From contig NC_068997.1 in NCBI RefSeq assembly GCF_001194135.2, positions 2,681,735-2,745,734 of the forward strand: DNA of 64,000 nt, given 5' to 3'. Made by a program: the position numbers and the translations under genes. Origin of the DNA: Octopus bimaculoides. Its lineage: Eukaryota. How positions within the stretch are numbered: the first letter of the stretch is position 1; every line of letters begins with the position of its first letter. The notes under the pieces were generated by a model that saw nothing but the letters and a program-made list of their open reading frames with translations, searched no databases and was not told where the DNA came from. Below, piece by piece: positions 36,601 to 51,604 of the stretch.

Positions 36601-38174
36601 AAGTTGCATCAGCACGAAACAGTGGTTAGCAATAAATGAACTTTAGGCTAGTGAAAATATGTGGCATATTTCAACATCTAAAGGAAAATTCACTATAGTT
36701 AACCTTGAGAAAAATCTCTCTTTTATGGTAAAAGGTGTCAAAACATGATATCTGCCCGCTTTTTAGCTACTGTGTAGGGTTATCTCTCTTCGTCATTTCC
36801 CATTCATGACGGATAAAGAGCAAGGAACGCGTATCTGTGAATCCGGTAGAGGGAAATACTGAGTAGATATGGTGCTTTTACACATATGAGATATTTTTTT
36901 ACTCTGCGGTAACCGCAGTGAATTTGATTTTCAATGTTAAAATATGCTATAAACATATTGTGACTGATCATCTAAAGTTCATAGATATATATATACACAT
37001 ATGTATACATATATATGTATATATATATCGATATATATATATATATATATATATTTATGTGTATTTCTTCTATCTTAATGAATAAAAATTCTTCTGATAG
37101 AATAATTGGGTTAATAGAAAACAATGTAGCAAAGAACACAAAATAACTGTGGTTTAGTTCTTGTTTTTAAGGCAGGAACTCCTNNNNNNNNNNNNNNNNN
37201 NNNNNNNNNNNNNNNNNNNNNNNNNNNNNNNNNNNNNNNNNNNNNNNNNNNNNNNNNNNNNNNNNNNNNNNNNNNNNNNNNNNNNNNNNNNNNNNNNNNN
37301 NNNNNNNNNNNNNNNNNNNNNNNNNNNNNNNNNNNNNNNNNNNNNNNNNNNNNNNNNNNNNNNNNNATATATATATATATATACTCTCTCAATTCATCTC
37401 TTTCCGTCCCTCTTCTCTTTCTTTCGGTGTACCTAGCTAACTTGCTTTCTATATTCATAGATATATGTACATACATATATCTTCATATTTATTAATGTAT
37501 ATATTTATAAGTGTGTATATACAAACATGCATATACGCACGCACGCACGCACATATACATACACACACAAACACACACACACACACATACATATATACAC
37601 ATATATCAACAGACAAATATTAAATACATAGTCATACGCCTATGTTGTGAGTTACATGTGGAGTCTACAGGCCTGGCATCACTATGGTGTTCACCTGTTG
37701 TTGCACCTGAATAACAATTTAAAAGAGTTAACCCAATTACTAACAAACGTCTTGGAATAATAATTACATTCATTACTTTCCTGCCCTTTTTATTCTCCTT
37801 CATCACCGCACAAATTTTATATTCTATAAATGTTTACTTCATGTTATGCTAAATCGTTTTTGATTCATTTCTCTTCATTATTTCCATATAACAAAACTTT
37901 CCTCCAAGACCTTTTATAGAAAATGGTTTGATCTTTGCATCAGATTTATCGTTGTTTTCGATTTTCGAAATGAGAACTAATCATTTATATTTATTTATTA
38001 ATTATCGTCTTTTTGTAAACGATACACTGTCAAGGCGCGGAGTTTAAATTATTCACATTAACAGGTTCATCACTGTTCTTTAAATAAGATCAATAAACTA
38101 TGTCTTTGAGAGGTTTAAAAGACATTTACATTTCGTAGTAAATTGGCTTAAAGCAGAACAAACCATTCAACTTA

Positions 38175-38397
38175 CTTATTTCTTTACTGCCCACAAGGGG
38201 CTACANNNNNNNNNNGACAAACGGATTAAGTCGATTACATCGACTCCAGTGCGTAACTGGTACTTATTTAATCGAACCCGAAAGGATGAAAGGCAAAGTC
38301 GACCTCGGTGGAATTTGAACTCAGAACGTAGCGGCGGACGAAATACCGCTAAGCATTTCGTCCGGCGTGCTAACGTTTCTGCCAGCTCACCGCCTTT
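38175..38397 (-). mobile_element. SINE family A with a different 3' tail
   Basis: Head and core as at 8057; the tail reads ...ccccttgtgggcagtaaagaaataag on the minus strand. Confidence 0.9.
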
Positions 38398-39370
38398 ATT
38401 GAACTTTCTATCGATAAAGAATGCGTTTGAACCATTGAACTTTCTATAAATATTGAATATAACAATGGCTTAACGATTTCTGAAAACAATTTCTAAACAC
38501 TTCAAGCGGTGTTAGGGTCCTCATCATCAGCAACAACAATGAGGCAGCCTCTAAGTAGCAAGTGATGATGATGATGATGGCAGTTCTTCGTGTCTCAGGA
38601 CATGGAGACGAGGAGTAAGCACTTCTGTGGCTACGTAAACCGATCTTTGAGCGACAGGCTCTGGGACACTCGGGTAAATATGTCGGCTTCGGTCAGCTGG
38701 AAAATGTGACGATGACATTTAGTTTTTGGCGGTTTTCTTCAGCCGCAGTTGCTCTGACCTTCTCAAAGTTGCTCGTAACGGTCTGCAAAATTGTCAGTAT
38801 AACTGTGAGAAATAGTAGCTAAACCTGCAAGCTTTCAATTCAGAAAAAAATAGGTAAGGCACATTATATAATATAAAACTAAATGCGTAATAGGTCATAA
38901 AAAACAGAGTGGTCAGAGCACAAACTAACACTTTCATCTTATGTTTTTCTCTTTTGGATATTTTTGAGGAAGAACTGATGATGATGATGATGAAAATGAA
39001 TAAATAAATAAATAAAGAAGTAATAATAATAATAATAATAATATTTTTATTAGCCATAAGGGCCCAATTGTTGTTGAGGGTACAAAGGAAAAAAACAAAC
39101 AAAAAAAAAACTGGATAACAGCGAACAAGAAATAATGGACGTTTTACATGGAGTAAATGTGTGAGATCAATGATAAGAATAAAGAATAAAGAATAAAGAA
39201 TAAAGAATAAAAACTGAAATCAGGATGAATGAAAGAAAACAACAGTACAAAGACACACAGACACAGTAACACATGCAGAAACACACGTGCAAAAACATAC
39301 TCTCGTACACAGAGAAACACTCACGTACACAAACACGCACAAACGTACGCAATCAAGAACGCATACACGC

Positions 39371-39401
<31 letters not shown>

Positions 39402-39749
39402 TGCACACACGTGGAACTTCCCAAAACTTGGCTATTCAAAGACATTTTAGAACACAGCATGAAAAGTGGTTTTAACGCGTAACTCTCCATGTCGAGAAAA
39501 TCTGCCATTTTAAGACAATCGGAATAACATAAAAATTATTGGAAACGTTACCAAAAAAAAGAAGAAAAAACGAAACGCGAAGGTAGGTATGTATGACTGG
39601 TGTACCGATTCTAACGTGTCTTCTAGCAAATAATGGTATTCTCTGCTGTGATTTAGCAGCAAACCATGCTTTCACGACCCACCTCATTCCTGTGTCCAAC
39701 CCCCCTTTTTTTTTAGTTCTCCTTCAGTACCTTTCTTTCTTTCTTTCCT

Positions 39750-39808
<59 letters not shown>

Positions 39809-39850
39809 ATATTTAACTCTTTCTCATACACTAATACTACGTGTGCCTCG

Positions 39851-39888
<38 letters not shown>

Positions 39889-39914
39889 AATATATCCCTA
39901 TGTATTTATGCCTG

Positions 39915-39946
<32 letters not shown>

Positions 39947-40052
39947 GGATACATATAAATATATACATACATACATGTATATACATATATATATACACAT
40001 AAATGTTTATACGTATATATATCATACATATATATATATATAATTACTACCA

Positions 40053-40092
<40 letters not shown>

Positions 40093-40843
40093 CGCATAGA
40101 AATGTGAGAGATATATAGAGAGGATAGCTAAATGCAGAGGAAGAACAAAAATATAAAACGCATACACAGACGCACACACACACATACACACACATACACA
40201 CACACTCACACACAAACTCTCTTTCTTTGTCTTTCTCTCTCTCTGTCTTCCTCTCTCTTCCCTACCCACAATCCTTACTTCGCCTCTGTTACTGTAACTT
40301 CGACAGAAGCACATATATTTTGTGCTTTAGCGAAAGGACACAGATATTCTTCTCCGTGTCTTCTTCATTCATCCTCAACATTTCGTCGCCATCTCATATA
40401 TCTCTTCTCCTTCTTCTCCTTCGTGTATTTCTTCTCTCTAACGTAAGAAAGATCTTTTGAGATGCCAGATAACGCAATGGATTTTTGAATGTGTAGCCGA
40501 AGGATGTAATAATGATAGGTGATCAAGTCGACCCTTCTATACAGCCACACAATTAAACAGATCGAAATACAATCGCCACTATTGCAGATCACGCATGCGC
40601 ATGAACGCTTTCTTACTTTCGTGTTGGCATGTCTTTGTTCCTTTCTGTTGCTTATTTATTGTTTGTGTTTATGTATGGTCTGTTTGCTTTTGTTTCCTGA
40701 TTTTTTGCTCTCTTTTTGTTTTCTTTCTGTCTTTTTTTTTTCTTTTCGATTATCTTCTGCAATATATAGAATATATAATTAATTGGCTGTTTCAGCGTCT
40801 GACGTCATATGGGAGGAAGAGAGAGGGGCAGAAGGTGAAGAGA

Positions 40844-40887
<44 letters not shown>

Positions 40888-42118
40888 AAGAGGGAGAGAG
40901 AGAGACTGGGAAAGAGAACAGAAACATACCAGAAATAACTATGTATGTATACATATAAATACAGAAGCATACATACAAATGTACTTACATATATACATAT
41001 GTATGCTCGTGTATGTGTATGGTCAGCACGCATACAAATAAATAAATGAATGAATAAATAAATAAATGAATACAGAAGGAAAGAAAAAAAGAGAAGAAAG
41101 GTTTTGTGTCGGCAGCAATGGCTGGCTGACTAACAATCAAGTTAGTTGCACGAAGGTCTAGGAATAGTTTTTCTACTCCGAGTTGACGCATAAAGACTTC
41201 AGAAACAGAACAACTGTAATAGAAAGGAGAATGGAAGACTTTTCATTGGTTTTCTACGAAAAAATACCGCCCTAAAGATATACATACTTACATATACACT
41301 CTTATACATACTTAATCTACACACACACACACACACATACACATACAAACACACACACGAACACACGCACACACATATACATATTTATACTAATAAATAC
41401 GTACGCAACATCATACTTATATGTACACACGTTCCTGTGTGCGCGAAGGCATGTTTTTATGATGTTTTCCCGAATATTTTCAAGAAATCAATACACCTTG
41501 CAAAGTGCATAAATTACGCCATTAAATCCATGCAGGCTCATATATACACAAATACTGTATATATATATATATATATATNNNNNNNNNNNNNNNNNNNNNN
41601 NNNNNNNNNNNNNNNNNNNNNNNNNNNNNNNNNNNNNNNNNNNNNNNNNNNNNNNNNNNNNNNNNNNNNNNNNNNNNNNNNNNNNNNNNNNNNNNNNNNN
41701 NNNNNNNNNNNNNNNNNNNNNNNNNNNNNNNNNNNNNNNNNNNNNNNNNNNNNNNNNNNNNNNNNNNNNNNNNNNNNNNNNNNNNNNNNNNNNNNNNNNN
41801 NNNNNNNNNNNNNNNNNNNNNNNNNNNNNNNNNNNNNNNNNNNNNNNNNNNNNNNNNNNNNNNNNNNNNNNNNNNNNNNNNNNNNNNNNNNNNNNNNNNN
41901 NNNNNNNNNNNNNNNNNNNNNNNNNNNNNNNNNNNNNNNNNNNNNNNNNNNNNNNNNNNNNNNNNNNNNNNNNNNNNNNNNNNNNNNNNNNNNNNNNNNN
42001 NNNNNNNNNNNNNNNNNNNNNNNNNNNNNNNNNNNNNNNNNNNNNNNNNNNNNNNNNNNNNNNNNNNNNNNNNNNNNNNNNNNNNNNNNNNNNNNNNNNN
42101 NNNNNNNNNNNNNNNNNN

Positions 42119-42151
<33 letters not shown>

Positions 42152-42250
42152 ATGTGTGTGTGTATACATATATTTGTATTTATGTTTATGTATATATATA
42201 TATAGAGAGAGAGAGAGTGAGTGAGAGAGGTACTTATATGTATATATATA

Positions 42251-42281
<31 letters not shown>

Positions 42282-42759
42282 ATCACTCATTCCCTTTTCT
42301 CTCGCTCTTTTATACAACACACTAACAGACGCATACAAACTGAAACGCAAACAAGCATAAACTAACGCTATCATACAAGCACAAACACGTACACACAACA
42401 TCCTATATTTATGGCCAAAGAAAGCACCTCGTCACGTGAGCGAGCGGCTCAAATTAGTGTATTAGATGGCCACTTTACTGTCGCTTAATGTGAGCTGATG
42501 AGAGACGAAGCTTTATGGCCCTAAAATCACCATCACCCTCTCCACCATTCTTCTTAAACATCACACGAATATTATTATGAAGGGATAACCTTCCTGTTGA
42601 AGCTGTTTATGTGTTTGAACTGTAGACCTGTTTCTCTGATGAATGAGGCATTATTGTTGAAGAGTGGCGTCTACAGAAACTTACTTTGGTTATATATGGG
42701 TGTACGATACAGGACCTTCCTGAAAAGGTGTGTGAACAACAACAGAAACACTAACAACA

Positions 42760-43399
42760 ATAGAAACAACAGCGATTGCAACAACTTCCACCACGACCAT
42801 CTCCTCTCCCGCCACCACAACTATCATATCCACCACATTCACCTACACCTCTCACCACCACAGCTCCCCACCATTACAAACGCTGCCACTACTATAACCA
42901 CTAACACCACTACAACTACCACCACTACTTCAACCGCCACTATAACTACCATCACCACTGTGACTACTACAACTACCATCACCACCACCATCCACCACTC
43001 CACGACCATCCACCACTCCACCACCATCCACCACTATAAGCACCAACACTATAACCATTACTACAATCATCACCACCTCACCACCACCACCACAACCGCC
43101 ACAACCACTATCCGCCAGAACTGCAATCACTACATCCACCACACCATTACTTCCACCGCCATTACAACCCTCCCCCGGAAACCGTCATCCTCCGCTCCAC
43201 TACAACCATCGCCACCGCTATAACTACCACCATAACCCGCAACATCCACCACGACAACTATCACCACCGCCACTTGTATCAGCAGTTACATCAGCATCAA
43301 CACCACCAACAACAACAACAGAAACAACACCACCCCATCACCAATACCACCACTACTATCACTACCACCCCCACCACAGCCACCACTACTACCACCACC

Positions 43400-43431
<32 letters not shown>

Positions 43432-43662
43432 CAACAACAGCAGCTACAACACCAACACCGACAACATCAACAGCATCAACAATACAATGACCATTACATA
43501 TATGAACGGCGACGCCATAACAACAATATCAAGAACAACAACAATCACAACAGCTAGAACAACAACAGAATGAACCATAGTCTCAAGGAAAGTAAGAACA
43601 ACCACAACAGAGCCATCAGCCTGAAAGATGGCAAAAATACTAATATCAACAACAAAGACAAC
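42760..43662. repeat. Cryptic (ACC)/(AAC)/(ACT)-rich low-complexity tract
   Basis: Degenerate trinucleotide repeats; includes an 18-bp unit caccatccaccactccac x3 near 42985-43035. Confidence 0.85.
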
Positions 43663-43877
43663 NNNNNNNNNNNNNNNNNNNNNNNNNNNNNNNNNNNNNN
43701 NNNNNNNNNNNNNNNNNNNNNNNNNNNNNNNNNNNNNNNNNNNNNNNNNNNNNNNNNNNNNNNNNNNNNNNNNNNNNNNNNNNNNNNNNNNNNNNNNNNN
43801 NNNNNNNNNNNNNNNNNNNNNNNNNNNNNNNNNNNNNNNNNNNNNNNNNNNNNNNNNNNNNNNNNNNNNNNNNTGCA

Positions 43878-43947
<70 letters not shown>

Positions 43948-43952
43948 CCTAC

Positions 43953-44028
<76 letters not shown>

Positions 44029-44139
44029 TTGTAAATAGATATATGCCAACCTGTATAAACACGTATGCGTACACATATATAAATACATATGTATGTATAA
44101 ATGAATATACATATCTCTCTCAATATACATATTATATAC

Positions 44140-44197
<58 letters not shown>

Positions 44198-44418
44198 TTG
44201 TTTAAAAGAGTTCCAACTCTGTTTTTTATGTTTTATTTATATTCTTGTAAAATTAATGTGGGATATAGAATATAGAATATACAATATATAATATAAAAAT
44301 GGATATATACATATATGTGTGTGTGTGTATATACATACATACATACATACATACACACACGCACACATACATCCATACATACATACATACACACATACAT
44401 ACATACATACATACATAC

Positions 44419-44449
<31 letters not shown>

Positions 44450-44464
44450 CATACNNNNNNNNNN

Positions 44465-44513
<49 letters not shown>

Positions 44514-44819
44514 TGCAGTTTTTTGTTGCATTCACTCAAAATAATGTAGTCTTCAGATTTGGTTTCATTTCTACCAGTTTTGAGTTTGAATAAAGTTCTG
44601 CTCATTGCAAGATGACGTCACCGAGTTATTGACGAATGACTACCTCGAGTCACCGAACTTAATTATCTATTTTAAACTCGCAAATTCTTTTGCAAATGAC
44701 TTTATGTGCTATTTACTTAGTTTGATTTATTAAATGACGGTGGACTTTCAATGGAATACCAGAGAATTTACCGGAAAAGAATAAGAATGTAATAGTTATT
44801 ATTTGACATCTCTACTACA

Positions 44820-45330
44820 ATGCACATTATCAATACTATTATACATTATCAGTAATAACAGATATTATCAATGATATAAAACTTACAATTGATATTTGAC
44901 ATTATAAAGTGATAATACATATTACCGGTGATGGTGGGCGCTATCCGTCATAATGGATAATATAGGAAATATTAGACATTATCAGTGATATTAGATATTA
45001 TCAATGATATTGTACATTATGAGTGATTACTCAACATCATAATATATATTAAATATTATCTCTTTTACTCTTTTACGTGTTTCAGTCATTTGACTGTGGC
45101 CATGCTGGAGCACGCCTTTTAGTCGAACTAATCGATCCCAGGACTTATTCTTTGTAAGCCTAGTACTTATTCTATCGTACAGAGATTATCAATATTAATT
45201 GGCACTATCAGTGATAACAGACACAATAAGTGATAACAACTATTATAAGTAATAATAGATATAATCTGAGTTGATGGATTTTACAGATGATTTTGGACAT
45301 TGTCTGTAATATGGGGCATTGTATACCTTG
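44820..45330. repeat. Degenerate AT-rich minisatellite (acattatcagtgatatt-like units) interrupted by a SINE
   Basis: Recurrent attatca(g/a)t(g/a)ata motifs on both sides of 45061-45177. Confidence 0.6.
45061..45177 (-). mobile_element. SINE family B, 3' fragment
   Basis: tcttttactcttttac..gtttcagtcatttgactgtggccatgctggagcac...ggacttattctttgtaagcct. Confidence 0.9.
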
Positions 45331-46818
45331 TTTCAAACATCTAATGTATTATAACTGATTCCCAAGACATCAAGAGTATTCGCTGAATGAAGACCAAATG
45401 AAGGCATCTTCTCGTGGTCGCTTGATATGTTAGAAATAACAACTAAATTCCCCTTCTCCCTTTAATTATGCCATAACTTATCCTCTCATTTTGCCATAAC
45501 GTATTATCAAAGAAGAAAAGGATATATTTGATAACGTATTATGTGCGCCTGTATTTTGTCTCGGCAGCTGGAATACCTCAGTTATAAGGTCTGTTCGATT
45601 AGGGATTAAATTGGAGGTAGACAACCACAATGATAATAACAACAATAACAACAACAGCAACATCATCGTCACCACAAATCACCACCTTCGTACTAACTCC
45701 CCCACCACCACATCAACAACAACGACAACAAATAAAACTGTAGCATCATCATCATTATCACCATTAACAACAACCGCGACACAAAAAAAACAAAAAAACA
45801 ATAGCAACGATAAAAACATGTCTCGGAAATAATTAAACTGCTAATAAGGTAATATCCGATTGTTTACTTAGATTTCAGATTAATGACGGCAAAGGTTTCC
45901 TTAGAAGGTCGTCATCATTCCAAGATCAATAATTCCTTAGAGACTGACAGTAGCAACAACTAAATTGTTGAATAGGGGACACACATGCAAGAGTGACGCC
46001 CCCACCAACATTGACTCTGAAAGTGAAAACGGTTTTCTATTTCATTCATCAATAGATATATCTTGATAATAACCTACATACTTTAATGGGTAAAAACACC
46101 CATTAAAAAGGGAGAGTGGAAAGGTTTAAAGACAGAACAAAAAAAAAAAGAAAAAGGACACACGCAAAAAAATAAAAATCTCTGCGTATTTTCTTCGTAT
46201 TTTTATTGAAAAGAAAATACGAAGATGAAAATACGTTTTACGAATATAAAGTAAAGAAACAAACTGAAAATATGAACTACAACGAAGGGAGAAAATCGAT
46301 GTAGCTAAAAGTTGGAATAAGATAAATAAAAGAAACACAGAAAAACAATTTTACATGTGAAAGTAATCGATAGTAGAAGCATCTGTCTGGTTTGAACAAG
46401 TTTGACGAGATATCAGCGAGATCAAGTTATGGTAAATGGAATTGGAAAGAGATTTTGTTTCAAACCTTAAGATTAGTCAACGATTCGAATAAATGACGTA
46501 AACCTGGTTATGAGCATGTTAAAGACGAAATCGTGATAAAAGATTTCGTCGACAAAATGGTGATTTATATGCATTTATGAAGGAACAAAGTCTGAATGTA
46601 TGTCTAGGTTAATAATGAAAATATAGCAACAGAATAAGCGGGAGAGAAAAAGGGGAGAGTAAGAAGAATGGTGAACTAATTAGGGTATGATATGTATAAG
46701 TATGTATGTATGTATGTATGTATGTATGTATGTATGTATGTATGTATGTATGTATGCATGTATGCATGCATGCATGTATGTATGTGTGTATGTATGTATG
46801 TATGTATGTATGCATGTA

Positions 46819-46851
<33 letters not shown>

Positions 46852-46863
46852 ATGCATGTATGT

Positions 46864-47184
46864 GTTCAGCCCTGCTGCGTAGCACCTTGGGGAGGTGTCT
46901 TCTACTATAGCCTCGAGCCGACCAAAGTCTTGTGGTTGGATTTGGTAGACGGAAACTGGAAGAAGACCGTCATATGTATACATGTGTGCGTCCTCTCACC
47001 ATCGCTCGACAACCAATGTTGGTGTGTTTACGTCCCCGTAACTTAGCAGTTCGATAAACGATACCATAGTCTAAGTATCAGGCTTACAAAGAATAAGTCC
47101 TGAGATCGACTTGTTCGAGTGAAGGCGGTGCTCCAGCATGTCCACAGTCAAAATGACTGAAACAAGTAAGTAAAAGGAAAGAAG
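46864..47184 (+). mobile_element. SINE family B, nearly complete (B-box to tail)
   Basis: gttcagccc..gcaccttggg...ggatttggtagacggaaactg...ggcttacaaagaataagtcc...aaatgactgaaacaagtaag. Confidence 0.9.
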
Positions 47185-47230
47185 AATATGAATGTATACT
47201 AGTATATATACATATGTACATATGTATGTA

Positions 47231-47287
<57 letters not shown>

Positions 47288-47819
47288 NNNNNNNNNNNNN
47301 NNNNNNNNNNNNNNNNNNNNNNNNNNNNNNNNNNNNNNNNNNNNNNNNNNNNNNNNNNNNNNNNNNNNNNNNNNNNNNNNNNNNNNNNNNNNNGGGAGAG
47401 TCATTTTCTTATTGTGCCTTAAAATTTAACACACTCACCGGTAAAATTTCCACTTATTTTTCTTTTTTATTTTCCTAAAGTTTTCGTTGTGTCTTGCGAC
47501 CTTATCAATAGTCTTGACTGTCTGTTATTTACGCTGCGTTCTTTTTCGCTTTTGTTTGTTTTTGCGCATGTGTGTGTCTCAGTGTGTGTGTATGTATGCA
47601 TGCATGTATGTGTGCATGTGTGTGTATGTATGTCTGTGTGTGTGTGCATATGTATATATGCATGTATGTATGTGTGTATGCATATATGTATGTATGTGTG
47701 TGCGTTTGCATGTATGTATGTATGTATTCTGCATATTCCTGTGTTTGTATGTATATATATGTAAATATCTATCTATCTATATATCTATCTATTTGTATGT
47801 CTGTCTATGCGTTTGTGTT

Positions 47820-47995
47820 TGGAGGTGCGCGGTTTTGTGTATCGCACTCAAGATCGAAAGATTGTGGTTTCTATTCTTGGACTGGGTGAGGTGTTGCGTT
47901 CTTGAGCAAAGCTCTTGATTTCCTATGGCTCCAGTTCACTCATCAGAGAGAAATGAATTATTCTGCGACGGACCAACATCTTCTCCAGGGTGCAA
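47820..47995 (+). mobile_element. Degraded tRNA-derived SINE family D
   Basis: ggaggtgcg...tcgcactcaagatcg..agattgtggtttctattcttggac (B-box-like) ...cttgagcaaa...gctccagttcactca. Confidence 0.6.
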
Positions 47996-48013
47996 TATAT
48001 ACCTAACTGGTAC

Positions 48014-48250
48014 AGGAGAATTGCGAGACAGATGGACGAAATACTGAGTAGTGACATTCAATTACCAGCCTGAATGACAAAAGGAAGAACGGTACTATAC
48101 CAGAAGGACCCAAGTAAAGCGAATACAGTTCGTAATTTCCGACCAATATCTTGTTTGCCTCTGATGTGGAAACTGATGACGGCCATCATATCGAGCAGCA
48201 TCTATAAGTACCTAGATGAGAACGACCTACTCCCAGTGAAACAATATTGA
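48014..48250 (+). mobile_element. R4/Dong-type (RLE-clade) non-LTR retrotransposon RT fragment
   Basis: RRIARQMDEIL...[59 protein letters not shown]: the 'WxTxGRTxLxxK..NYRPIxCL..WK' RT motif with an in-frame stop. Confidence 0.85.
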
Positions 48251-48790
48251 TGTAATGGTTGCATTGTTCAATTAAATGGAGTTGCGTGAAACGATCGTAC
48301 TGCATTACTTCTGGATATCCTTGTTGCTTATTTTTTTTTTTATTTTAATCACCTTATTTTGAAATTGTATGGATAATGCCGTACTAAATTCTGGTGCCTC
48401 AAATTAAGTACCATATTTATCTGAATCGAAATTAGACCACTGACGGTAAATAAAATTTCAAAATTTTTTTTTGCTGNNNNNNNNNNNNNNNNNNNNNNNN
48501 NNNNNNNNNNNNNNNNNNNNNNNNNNNNNNNNNNNNNNNNNNNNNNNNNNNNNNNNNNNNNNNNNNNNNNNNNNNNNNNCGATCGGACTTCAAGAACTAA
48601 ATATTTGTAATCATTTGTCTCCCGATTTCACTCATTGGAAGATAAGGCCATCCTGGGCCACTGCCTTTGAGGAATTAGTCAATCATTTTGATCTCAATAC
48701 ATATGTTATTGCTATCTATTGTAGAACCGAAAACAGGCAGCTTATACAAAGAGTAAGCGTAACCAGGGGCATAAAACCAAGGATGTACGC

Positions 48791-48821
<31 letters not shown>

Positions 48822-49498
48822 CAACTCAGCATATATACACACACACATGCATATACACATACACACAAATGCAGTCATGCATGCATACATGCACACATAC
48901 ATTCACATGCATATGACATATACATTTGCATACATACGCACACAAACACACACATATACATATGTATTCACACATGAAAATGAGTGTTTTAGTTCTGCTA
49001 CAAAGCACATGGAGTTATAAACATTAAAAAATATCGGAATAACCAAGAGATGGTGTTCGGAATGTTGCATTAGAAATATTTGTTAGTTTCTTATATTTCG
49101 GGTAAAATACACCTTGAGGAAGGAAAAACTTTAAAGCAACATAAAAAAGAAACAGAGTTATGAATCTGTGCTTGTGCATGGGTTAAAAGAAGGATTGACA
49201 ATACGTGGGAGGTTGTATATGATGTGTACATTTGAGGAATTTGGTGAAACCGCCCTTCACAACTGTAGAAGTAGTAGTACTATAGGTTGAAGTACTCTTA
49301 GAATTAGTAGGATGCACCATCATTCAATGTCATGGAAGTATCAATACTTTTATTAGCATTAGTGGCAACAGCGGCGGTGTTTGCGGTGGTAGTGGTGGTA
49401 GTAGTAGTAATACAGGCAGCTGTATTGGTTGTAGTGTAACAGGTCCTGGCGGCATTGGTAGAACAGGTTCTGGTGGCAGTAGTAGTAGAAGTAGTAGC

Positions 49499-49548
<50 letters not shown>

Positions 49549-49631
49549 ATGGTGAAATTGGCCAAAATGGGCCTCGTTCGACGGATCTGCTCGTGTCCTT
49601 TTATTAGGAACCCTGCATACACAGATATATG

Positions 49632-49703
<72 letters not shown>

Positions 49704-50139
49704 GACATATATATATATACTCATTCATATATATATATGTATGTATGTATATATTTATATGTATATATATATATATATGTGTATTATATATAACTGTATA
49801 AACATAACTGTATATACATATACACATATGTAAGTTTTATGCATCTATCTTATATATACTGTACATGTGTATGTAATAAATATTTATACACATACGTGTG
49901 TGTGTGTGTGTCCGCGCGCACGCGTGTTTGTGTGTGCTTATTCATGTGTATGTTTGCATGGGTATGTATGTGTGTACGTGTGTGTGTTCGCTTCACTTAT
50001 GTACTTTCGGCCCTACATCCTCGATAATGATTTAAAGTGATAAAATATGACGAAGGGAGTGTGGCTTTGCATATTTTAACATCTCCAGGACAACAGTATC
50101 AGAGCAGCGAAGATATGTGATGAATCTCTTCAAGAAACA

Positions 50140-50212
<73 letters not shown>

Positions 50213-50228
50213 NNNNNNNNNNNNNNNN

Positions 50229-50264
<36 letters not shown>

Positions 50265-51040
50265 GGACGCACACCATTTGCTAACATCAATACTTCATAA
50301 GCCATAACGCCTTTCTCTTTGTCATTATTTATTTTAGTTTATTTATTCATCGATATAAATTTTACCTCCCTTAAATTTTGATATTATTTGATTGAAATTA
50401 TTTTAAAGCAATTACATTATAATTTTCAGTTTGACATTTTAAATTAATTATTTTCCAGACGTTATTATGTAAAACAATGGCAGCCTTGCTCTCTTACAGA
50501 AATTCTAAAGTTGGCAGGAAACACTTAACATTTTCTCTCCTGCAAGAGAAGTGATTATATTTAACTAGAAACTTCGATTTAAACGAACATAGCAATTAAC
50601 GAACAATCTCAATGAATATATAAACAACAACCAAAAAATTAACGTGCAGAGTCACTCTAAAATAAATGGGACACACTGTAGGTCGATCCTTCCCAGATAG
50701 GCTTCATGTTTTCTTTGAAAAGCAAAACCCGGATGTTTAATGATTTTTATTTATTTATTATTTATTTTTGTATTTATTCCTTTTTGATTATTTTGTTTTG
50801 TGTACTTTATTGCATTATTCATATATTTTTGATTGTTTTATTTTTTGTTTTCAGTTTTCGTTTTATTTTTTCATTAAACTTGATCCAAGGTCTTTTTTTT
50901 AAAATTAAATTAAGGAACGGAGTGGTGTTTTAGTACATACACCAAGTAAGACACATATAGAAATGCATATGAACATTTGTACACACAAATCCACACACAC
51001 ACACACACTCACATGCACATACACACATACACATGTTGCT

Positions 51041-51132
<92 letters not shown>

Positions 51133-51473
51133 TGTATGTATGCATATATATATGTGTGTGTGTCTGTGTGTGCATTATTATCTATCTAACTATCTGTCTA
51201 TCTACATACCAACATGCACATGTGTACATATTTATACTAACACCAATACTCACACATACATACGTACACCTGTCATTGATTACCTTTTAGAACAGCTTTC
51301 AGCATGATATCGATCCAGGCTCACTATATTCAACTAACCATAACCCTAACCTTGCCATACCAAACGTTCTTCGCATCATTCCTCACCAGTCTTACACCAT
51401 TCCTTATCATTCTTACTTTTACATCAATGACTTTCAATCGTCACAGGAACATGACACACACCATTTTAACATT

Positions 51474-51526
<53 letters not shown>

Positions 51527-51604
51527 TTTCTTTCTTTTCTTTCACTCATTCAACGTTTGCCTCCTTTTTCAATTTTGTCTTTCCTTTTCGTCTGTATTTT
51601 TATG

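Noticed and set aside
37606-37806. Signal-peptide-like minus-strand ORF (LLVIGLTLLNCYSGA...)
   Set aside because: No convincing splice pair, processing pattern or homology; consistent with chance in AT-rich DNA.
40782-40807. Reverse CCAAT plus CRE (TGACGTCA); CREs also at 23708 and 44613; E-box GTCACGTG at 24098 and 42431
   Set aside because: Short motifs expected by chance in 64 kb, with no associated transcript evidence.
42505-42525. CTGATGAG-AGA-CGAAGC hammerhead-like string
   Set aside because: GAAG instead of GAAA, a 1-bp stem II and no stems I or III.
42597-43573. Thr/His-rich mucin-like ORFs
   Set aside because: Cryptic ACC/AAC simple sequence with no splice or homology support.
48580-48790. 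Protein-like frame IGLQELNICNHLSPDFTHWKIRPSWATAFEEL
   Set aside because: The central part is a degraded SINE B segment (ggccat.ctggg.cactgcc...).
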